Assembly (NCBI GenBank): GCA_963600815.1
Contig: CAVCCX010000002.1
Location: 16,033 to 80,032 of the forward strand
Reading direction: 5' to 3'
DNA: 64,000 nt
Origin: Bacteroides uniformis
GTDB taxonomy: Bacteria; Bacillota_I; Bacilli_A; RFN20; CAG-288
The notes below the pieces were generated by a model. The model was not told where the DNA came from, made no database searches, and saw only the letters and a list, made by a program, of their open reading frames with translations. The first letter of the stretch is position 1. Every line of letters starts with the position of its first letter. Shown here one piece after another: positions 47,281-54,049 of the stretch. Made by a program: the position numbers and the translations under genes.

Positions 47281-48141
47281 TTATTTCCTTAATTTTGATG
47301 TAGAAGATATGACTTCAACCCCACTAAATCCATTCTTTTGTAAAAGACAATCAATTTGATCTACCTTTTTGTCCAAGCAGGGACCAATGACAACTTTTTT
47401 CAAAAAACCTGATTTAGGGATTTTTAGACTAAATATCTTTTTGCCAGATTTATCTTTATCAAATTCCCAATAAGCATTTATTTCTGGTAAGCAATCCAAA
47501 AACAATCTCCATGCCAATCGTTGTTCTTTCTCAAACGAAAACTCTTTATTTTTAACAAACGACATCAAATCAAGAAGATATTCTTCAGCTTCATTCCATG
47601 CATACCCATCATTTGAAATATTACTAAATATCTTACCATCAATCTCGCGGCAAGCCTTGTCTATTAATTCATAATACTTTTTCGTGCCACTATAAATGAC
47701 ATCTTGATATAAAACATGGGAAATCGGATATCCAATATTTTTTGGTACCTTTTTCAAGTAGTTCTCGCTAAAGCCTAACATCATCCCCTCTCCTCTAGAA
47801 CCATAGCAAAGCCATTGATTTGCTTTATCAAATTCTTTTGAAAAACTTATTGATAAATATTGAGGGTGCTTTAAGCTATTCGTATCTTTTGATGGCAAAT
47901 CGGTAAAATATCGATGTCTTTTATCTTCAAAATCATTAAAAAAGTTATGGAATATTTCGCAATGATGGCTAGACGACGATATATATCTTTTTTTAAGTTT
48001 TCTATATACTGCCCGAGAAAAGATTTTGATTTCCGAGGAATCATTTAAATTCTGTGCATAGCCAAATCGAATCAAAGATGAAGAAATGATTTTTTCAAAC
48101 GCGTCATATGACGTATAGTGATAAGTCAGTTTATTATTCAT
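47281..48141 (-). CDS. DUF2971-like protein
   Basis: 286 aa. N-terminal LTYHYTSYDAFEKIISSSLIRFGYAQNLNDSSE matches the DUF2971 hallmark (YHYTS ... fs ... lND..E). SD gggag lies 8 nt upstream. It ends 30 nt before the 1154-aa gene on the same strand. Confidence 0.7.
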   Translation of the reverse strand: MNNKLTYHYTSYDAFEKIISSSLIRFGYAQNLNDSSEIKIFSRAVYRKLKKRYISSSSHHCEIFHNFFNDFEDKRHRYFTDLPSKDTNSLKHPQYLSISFSKEFDKANQWLCYGSRGEGMMLGFSENYLKKVPKNIGYPISHVLYQDVIYSGTKKYYELIDKACREIDGKIFSNISNDGYAWNEAEEYLLDLMSFVKNKEFSFEKEQRLAWRLFLDCLPEINAYWEFDKDKSGKKIFSLKIPKSGFLKKVVIGPCLDKKVDQIDCLLQKNGFSGVEVISSTSKLRK

Positions 48142-48254
48142 GTGTATTTCTCCCTATTTGACGGTTCGCATAGTAGACTCGGAATTTACTACTTGCCTGT
48201 TTCTAATCTTATACATAAACGGCATGTAATAAATTTCCTTTCTCAAGGCCATAG

Positions 48255-48288
48255 AAAGAAAAAAGGCCTTGGCTGATAAACCAAGACC
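48255..48288 (-). terminator. Rho-independent terminator between the Udk-CYTH gene/G10 promoter and the DUF2971 gene
   Basis: On the minus strand, ggtcttgg/ccaaggcc 8-bp stem (one G-U pair) with an 8-nt loop, followed by uuuuuu. Confidence 0.75.
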
Positions 48289-48301
48289 CATAATAGGTAT
48301 A

Positions 48302-48329
48302 ATTATACATTACCCCCCCCCCGCGTCAA
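48302..48329 (-). promoter_or_regulatory. Near-consensus sigma-A promoter with a G10 tract in the spacer
   Basis: The minus strand reads TTGACG (48329-48324), then c-GGGGGGGGGG-taatg (16 nt), then TATAAT (48307-48302). A TG precedes the -10, giving an extended -10. Confidence 0.6.
48313..48322. repeat. C10/G10 homopolymer
   Basis: Ten consecutive C on the plus strand, in an intergenic region that is otherwise AT-rich. Confidence 0.95.
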
Positions 48330-48387
48330 TTTTACAAAACCCGAGGAGAAGCAAGGTTTGATAAACATATTGTACAACAAACAGTTC

Positions 48388-49815
48388 TTATTGTGGATAT
48401 TTTTCGAGCATTTCATTGACATATTTCATCGCCAATGCCTCATCTGGATTGTCAAATTCGATGAAATAGCCTTTCCCTTCCACATAGCGGATCGTCAGTT
48501 TCTGTCTTTTGTATTCGATTTTCCACTTGATCTTATGCTGGATGGGACCGATCAAGAATCCTGCGGTTGCGAAATCCTGGATGCAGTCGGATTCATCCTT
48601 CCACACATGATGGAAATCCCCTTCCCGTATGAGAATGTTGATCGGACGGATGATTTTTCCATCCTTTCGGATCTTTGGAATTCCTTTATGGACCAGACTG
48701 GAAGGAACATACGTCTTTCCCTGATCATCCGAATAGGAGCGAAGTCGAAGAATATTCTCGGATGGGGAGACTTCATTTGGTGTCGAGAAATAGGTATCTT
48801 TCTCATAGGTGATCTTCTTGATGAAGGACTCTTTGAGAATCTCATCGATGGCTTTCTTCGAATTGGTGTGTGTCTCCATCTTCGTCTTGTAGAGCGTTCC
48901 ATTCTTCTTCTCGAGGAAGGTCATGTCATTGATATAGATGACATCTGCATTCTCCTTGGAAGGAAGAATCGTCGAGACATAGCTCGGGATGATGTACTTG
49001 AAATAGAGTCTGGTCGTGAAAGCCGAACTTGCGGAGGTATTCTCTGCCTGGCTATCCCGGATGATTCTTCTTAGGAAGAGGGATTTTGGATTTCCATCGA
49101 CGAAATTGGTGATGATTTCCTCTCTTGGGAAAAGACGGATGAGATTGTTGTTCAATGCATAGATACCTTCGATGATGATGCAGTCATAGTCTTTTCCATT
49201 CAGATAGGTATGGCTTGGAATCCTTTCGGAATAAATCTTGGAATACACTTTCTTCTCGACCATCCTGTCCAAAAGAAGATCTTTCACATCCTGGGCGGCG
49301 GAGGACATATCATAGACGATTGGTTCATCAAAATTCAGCACCTTCCATTCCTTATTCAGATAGGAAAGAAACTTCGTAAGTTCCTCTTCGCTTGCAAAAT
49401 AGGAAGAAAGAACACTCTTAAGCTTCAACAAAGAACTTTCCGAGTATTTCTCATCGAAAGGAATTTCCATCAGAATCGGCTTGATGGCCGAGGAAATCTC
49501 CTCAAGATGCTCTAGTTTTCCATCATAGTAGTTCTGATTCACCTTGAGAGGAATGAGGTGGCTAAGTCCCACATTGTAGTTATCCAAGGAAAGAATGCAG
49601 GAATGATGTCCGTTTCTTTCTAAGACATCCTCGAGAAGTCTTGCACAATACGATTTTCCACTCGAAGAGGCACCGGCGATGAACACGACGGCCTTTTTCT
49701 TTTTCTCGAGGGTTTCCTCGATGAGATCGATATTGGCACTGACCCATTTGTCAGGATGATGATACTTGTATTGCATAAGAAGAAAAACCTTTTCTATGGA
49801 TTCATGGAAATCCAT
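48388..49815 (-). CDS. Uridine-kinase-family P-loop kinase fused to a C-terminal CYTH-like domain
   Basis: N-terminal half has IAGASSSGKSY, SLDNY, NFDEPIVYD, IIIEGIYAL and LRRIIRD. The C-terminal about 170 aa has a CyaB/CYTH-like pattern (EKDTYFSTP, ILRLRSY, KIKWKIEYKRQKLTIRYVEGKGYFIEFD). Start uncertain: 49815 overlaps cvpA, and ATG 49776 is the alternative. Confidence 0.7.
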   Translation of the reverse strand: MDFHESIEKVFLLMQYKYHHPDKWVSANIDLIEETLEKKKKAVVFIAGASSSGKSYCARLLEDVLERNGHHSCILSLDNYNVGLSHLIPLKVNQNYYDGKLEHLEEISSAIKPILMEIPFDEKYSESSLLKLKSVLSSYFASEEELTKFLSYLNKEWKVLNFDEPIVYDMSSAAQDVKDLLLDRMVEKKVYSKIYSERIPSHTYLNGKDYDCIIIEGIYALNNNLIRLFPREEIITNFVDGNPKSLFLRRIIRDSQAENTSASSAFTTRLYFKYIIPSYVSTILPSKENADVIYINDMTFLEKKNGTLYKTKMETHTNSKKAIDEILKESFIKKITYEKDTYFSTPNEVSPSENILRLRSYSDDQGKTYVPSSLVHKGIPKIRKDGKIIRPINILIREGDFHHVWKDESDCIQDFATAGFLIGPIQHKIKWKIEYKRQKLTIRYVEGKGYFIEFDNPDEALAMKYVNEMLEKYPQ

Positions 49816-50537
49816 TCGAAGAATGACGACGCCGTATTATAGAACATCTTCCCGATGGAGAATGCACTTGGATCATCCATCTTCAGATCCGTATTGATCC
49901 AGTCAAGAAGATAGCTGTTGCCTGCCTTGTAGGTCAAAGAAGCCACCAGAGAGACAATCGCCAAGACAAGAAGAATCGAAAACGAAGCCTTGAAGACCAT
50001 TCTTGCCGCTCCGCAGAGTCTTCCAAAAAAGGATCTTCCCTTCTCTCCGAAAAGAGACCCGTCCTTCCAGAAAGGACTGAAGAGGACACGGATAAGAATA
50101 TAGGTCAAAAAGAAGAGGAAGAGAAAGACAACGACCAGCATCGTCCAGTTGGCAAAGCTGCTCGCTAGGGCAGATGAGACATTCGAAGAAAAATCACTCG
50201 CCTTCGTGGTGAAGAAGGAATGAATGAATTTCGGAAAGTGAAGTTCACTTAATGCCGTCGACATCTGGCTGTTTCGCAGGGTGACATCACTCGCTGCGAT
50301 CGTATCCTGAAAGGCTTCGGTTGTCGGCAAAGCCGCAGTATACCATGACTGAATCAGGGAGCAGAGGTTTGTCTTGTTCAGAAGATTGAGCAAAGGGTTT
50401 CCAGCCAGATAGCCCACAAGGATTCCCATCTGCATGGCAAAAGAGGAGAGCCTTTTTTTCGAAAAGCCGGTGAGAAATCCCCAGAGAAGTGCCAAAGCCA
50501 GGCAGATCAGGATGACAAGATCAATGACACCCATCAA
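49794..50537 (-). CDS. cvpA: CvpA-family membrane protein
   Basis: 247 aa. N-terminal DLVILICLALALLWGFLTGF is typical of CvpA. Several TM helices. Confidence 0.7.
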   Translation of the reverse strand: MMGVIDLVILICLALALLWGFLTGFSKKRLSSFAMQMGILVGYLAGNPLLNLLNKTNLCSLIQSWYTAALPTTEAFQDTIAASDVTLRNSQMSTALSELHFPKFIHSFFTTKASDFSSNVSSALASSFANWTMLVVVFLFLFFLTYILIRVLFSPFWKDGSLFGEKGRSFFGRLCGAARMVFKASFSILLVLAIVSLVASLTYKAGNSYLLDWINTDLKMDDPSAFSIGKMFYNTASSFFEWISMNP

Positions 50538-51067
50538 TAATATATGGACTCCTTGACCTTATCGGCATATTCTTTTCCACAGAGCGTCTCGATGATATCG
50601 AAAGCGAAATCGATGGTCGCCGCTGCGCTCCTTCCCGTGATGAATTTTCCATCCACAACGGAATACTGATCGACATATTCCCCGCCGAAATCCTCATCCA
50701 TGCTCGTAAAGCAGGTATATTTCTTTCCCTTGAGCAGGCCAAGATGGCCTAAGATGGTCGGTCCGGCACAGATGGCTGCAATATATTTATCATGCGTTGC
50801 AAAATTCATGACCATCTTGAGGAATTCCGGATTCTTCTCTTCGGCGACATATTCCGGTCCGCCCGGAATGATCAGCATATCATACTCATCGATATTGACA
50901 TCTCTCAGGTTGACCAAATCGGTCACGCTGAGGCCATATCTTCCGATGGCCTTTGTATTGTCTATGCAGGCAAAAGTGAGATCCATCTGCGCTCTTTTTA
51001 AGATCGCATAGGTTCCCACTGCCTCGATATCTTCAAATCCATCCGTCACTACCATCAATAATTTCAT
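50534..51067 (-). CDS. DJ-1/PfpI-family protein
   Basis: 177 aa. IPGGP and the nucleophile-elbow AAICAGPTILG. Confidence 0.88.
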   Translation of the reverse strand: MKLLMVVTDGFEDIEAVGTYAILKRAQMDLTFACIDNTKAIGRYGLSVTDLVNLRDVNIDEYDMLIIPGGPEYVAEEKNPEFLKMVMNFATHDKYIAAICAGPTILGHLGLLKGKKYTCFTSMDEDFGGEYVDQYSVVDGKFITGRSAAATIDFAFDIIETLCGKEYADKVKESIYY

Positions 51068-51149
51068 AATCCATTACCTCTGAAGAAAGTTTCTTTCTTT
51101 TCTTCTCTCATATTTTATATAATATGGACGGAAAAAACAAAGTCAAATC

Positions 51150-52298
51150 ATGAACTCAATTTTAAAAGATTTCACAAGCCTGTCCTCCTATGTCTTTCCT
51201 TTTGAGGGAGAAAAACATTTAGCCACCATCATCATGGTCCCCTATCGGGAAGATACCTGGAGAGAAGAGGCCAAGCCTGCCGTTGAAAACTATTTGGAAG
51301 TCGTGAAAGCCATCTCACAATATGAGATGACCGTCGTCATCATCGACCCGAGAATCGATGAGAAGATCGTCTCTCGGTTCCAGATGAGGAACACCCATAT
51401 TCTCCGACTGAAATACGATGATGCCTGGGCAAGGGATTCTCTTCCCGTCTTTTTGGCAAATGAAGAGAAAAAGAGCCTTGTCGGCGTCGATTTCGGATTC
51501 AACAGCTGGGGAGGAAGCTATGACGGACTCTACACGGACTACAAAAACGACAACGAAGTCGGAAAGAACACCCTTCTCGAACTGATGATCCACCGCTATG
51601 CGGATAAGGATTTCATCCTCGAAGGCGGAAGCATCCACAGCGATGGAAAAGGCACACTCCTCGTCACCGAGGAATGTCTTCTTTCTCCTGGAAGAAACCC
51701 TTCCATGACGAAGGAAGAAATCGAAGAACGCCTCAAGAAGGATCTCAATGTGAAAAAGGTTCTCTGGCTTCCCTATGGCATCTATAACGATGAGACCGAT
51801 GGGCATGTCGATAATATCTGCTGCTTCCTCAAGCCCGGCGTCGTCGCCCTGGCTGAGACGGATGATGTCAGCGATCCACAATATGAAAGATCAAAGAAGG
51901 ACCGCGAATATCTTCTAAATGAAACCGATGCTGAGGGAAACAAACTCGAAATCATATCTCTTCCTCTTCCAAAGCCACAATATCTCACAAAGGAAGAGGC
52001 TGCCGGCATCAAAAATGACACCACCGCAATCACAAGAGAAGAAAATCGACGTTTGGCTGCAAGCTATGTCAACTTCTACATGGGAAAGGATTTTTTGATT
52101 CTTCCGCAGTTCGGTGATGAAAAAGATGAAGTCGCCAAAAAGATCCTTTCAGACTTCTACAAGAACGAGAAAGAGATTGTTCCGATCTATTCGAGAGAGA
52201 TTCTTCTCGGCGGAGGAAATATCCATTGCATCACCAAGCAGATTCCCTTTATGGAACCAGGCTATGATATCGAACCGAAAGAGGAGATGAAAGAATGA
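51150..52298 (+). CDS. aguA: Agmatine deiminase
   Basis: 382 aa. DAWARDS, TDGHVDN and C-terminal GGGNIHCITKQ with the catalytic Cys. Confidence 0.92.
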   Translation: MNSILKDFTSLSSYVFPFEGEKHLATIIMVPYREDTWREEAKPAVENYLEVVKAISQYEMTVVIIDPRIDEKIVSRFQMRNTHILRLKYDDAWARDSLPVFLANEEKKSLVGVDFGFNSWGGSYDGLYTDYKNDNEVGKNTLLELMIHRYADKDFILEGGSIHSDGKGTLLVTEECLLSPGRNPSMTKEEIEERLKKDLNVKKVLWLPYGIYNDETDGHVDNICCFLKPGVVALAETDDVSDPQYERSKKDREYLLNETDAEGNKLEIISLPLPKPQYLTKEEAAGIKNDTTAITREENRRLAASYVNFYMGKDFLILPQFGDEKDEVAKKILSDFYKNEKEIVPIYSREILLGGGNIHCITKQIPFMEPGYDIEPKEEMKE

Positions 52299-53167
52299 AA
52301 GTCACACTCTCGGCCACCCAGATGGCCTGTTCTTCAGTCTATGAAGAAAATATCCTCCACGCCACCAAGATGGTGAAGGAAGCCAAGAAGAAGGGAGCGG
52401 ATGTCATCCTTCTTCAGGAGCTTTTCCAGCGAAACTATTTCTGCCAGATTGAAGACTATGATTGTTTCTCCTTTGCCGAGGAATACACAAATTCGAAAAC
52501 ACTCGACTATTTTTCCAACCTCGCCAAGGAACAGGAAGTCGTCCTTCCCATCTCCTTCTTCGAGAAAAGAGGAAACTGCTACTACAATTCCCTCTGCGTC
52601 ATCGATAAAGATGGAAAAAGACTCGGTCTTTATAGAAAGACACATATCCCCACGGGCGAATGCTATGAAGAGAAATTCTATTTCACACCCGGCGATACCG
52701 GCTACAAGGTCTTTGAGAGCAAGGCTGGTAGAATCGGTGTCGGCATCTGCTGGGATCAGTGGTTTCTGGAAAGCGGAAGAATCCTCGCTCTGAAAGGGGC
52801 ACAGTATCTTCTTTTCCCGACTGCCATCGGAAGTGAACCCACTCTCCCCATCGACTCCATGCCCCACTGGCGAAATGCCATGATCGGCCAATCGGCTCTG
52901 AATATTCTTCCTCTTGTCGCCTCGAATCGAATCGGAACGGAAAAGGAGAAGAATTCCTCGATGACATTCTATGGTTCTTCCTTCATCACGGATGAGACCG
53001 GATGCATCGTCGAATCGGCTAGCCGCGACAAGGAAGAAATCCTTGTTCATACCTTCGACCTCGACAAGACCGACAAGACAAGAAGAGACTGGGGCATCTA
53101 TCGCGATCGAAGACCGGAAATGTATTCCTCGATTCTTCTCCATGACGATAGCGAGGAAAAGCTATGA
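52295..53167 (+). CDS. aguB: N-carbamoylputrescine amidase
   Basis: Nitrilase-superfamily blocks LQELF, YRKTHIP and GVGICWDQWF. ATGA overlap with aguA. Confidence 0.9.
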   Translation: MKVTLSATQMACSSVYEENILHATKMVKEAKKKGADVILLQELFQRNYFCQIEDYDCFSFAEEYTNSKTLDYFSNLAKEQEVVLPISFFEKRGNCYYNSLCVIDKDGKRLGLYRKTHIPTGECYEEKFYFTPGDTGYKVFESKAGRIGVGICWDQWFLESGRILALKGAQYLLFPTAIGSEPTLPIDSMPHWRNAMIGQSALNILPLVASNRIGTEKEKNSSMTFYGSSFITDETGCIVESASRDKEEILVHTFDLDKTDKTRRDWGIYRDRRPEMYSSILLHDDSEEKL

Positions 53168-53946
53168 GATTCATTTCATTCAATGTGAATTCCATCCGTG
53201 CCTATCTTCAGAAAGGTCTCACGGAACAGTGGCAGAAACACAATCCCGATATCTTTTCGATTGAGGAGCTCAAACTGACCGAGTCAGTCCATGAGAATTT
53301 TCCTTTCGTGATGGAAGGCTATACGCCCTATTGGACGGTGAGCAAGACAAAAAAAGGCTATGCCGGAACTGCAGTCATGACAAAAATGAAACCAATCAGT
53401 GTCCACTATGGGCTTCTTGATTCGAAATACGACGATGAAGGAAGAGTCATCACCCTGGAATTCGAAAAATTCTATTATGTCGAGATGTATGTTCCCAATT
53501 CCGGAGAGAACCCGGAGAAGAACGCCAAGCCGAAACGCCTTCCCTATCGAATGGAATTCGAAAAGGATCTTCGGGAATATCTTCTCACATTGAAGGCGAA
53601 GAAGTCGGTCGTCGTGACTGGCGACTTGAATGTCGCACATAATGAAATTGACCTGAAGCATCCGGAGACGAATCATCTCTCCGCCGGCTTCACCGATGAG
53701 GAAAGAGAATGCTTCACTTCTCTTCTTTCCTTGGGATTTGTCGATACTTTCCGTGCCCTTTATCCAGACAAGGTCGAATATTCCTATTGGTCCTATCGTT
53801 TCCATGCTAGAGAGAAGAATGCCGGATGGCGATTGGATTACTTCCTTGTCAGCGAGGATCTCTTCCCGCTTGTCAAGGATAGCCGCATTCTGAATGAATG
53901 CTATGGTTCCGATCATTGTCCAGTCCTGCTTGACATCGATTTGTAA
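53164..53946 (+). CDS. xth: Exodeoxyribonuclease III
   Basis: SFNVNSIRA, GDLNVAHNEIDL and GSDHCPV. ATGA overlap with aguB. Confidence 0.93.
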   Translation: MRFISFNVNSIRAYLQKGLTEQWQKHNPDIFSIEELKLTESVHENFPFVMEGYTPYWTVSKTKKGYAGTAVMTKMKPISVHYGLLDSKYDDEGRVITLEFEKFYYVEMYVPNSGENPEKNAKPKRLPYRMEFEKDLREYLLTLKAKKSVVVTGDLNVAHNEIDLKHPETNHLSAGFTDEERECFTSLLSLGFVDTFRALYPDKVEYSYWSYRFHAREKNAGWRLDYFLVSEDLFPLVKDSRILNECYGSDHCPVLLDIDL

Positions 53947-54049
53947 CGTCTTTCATTTGCAAAAAGAAAACATTTCATGATAAGATTTATCTAATCCATA
54001 TGTATCCTATCCAACACCTATTTTATTTTTCATGTAAGGAAATCAGAAT

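Larger units (their letters stand above)
43429..48301. other. AT-rich accessory cassette (two-gene operon) between the 11-bp direct repeats
   Basis: Sampled 120-nt stretches give about 32% GC (47281-47400) and about 33% (45301-45420). This compares with about 47% in flanking core DNA (50521-50640). No integrase, transposase or tRNA is present. Confidence 0.6.

Noticed and set aside
48208-48215. TGTATAAG as an internal promoter for the DUF2971 gene
   Set aside because: It lacks the invariant final T of the -10 hexamer and has no -35 at 16-18 nt. It is kept only as a remark.
43392-48387. Calling the AT-rich cassette a mobile element, prophage or IS
   Set aside because: It has no integrase, transposase or recombinase, no terminal inverted repeats and no tRNA target. 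Only an 11-bp direct repeat is present. It is reported as an accessory cassette, not a mobile element.
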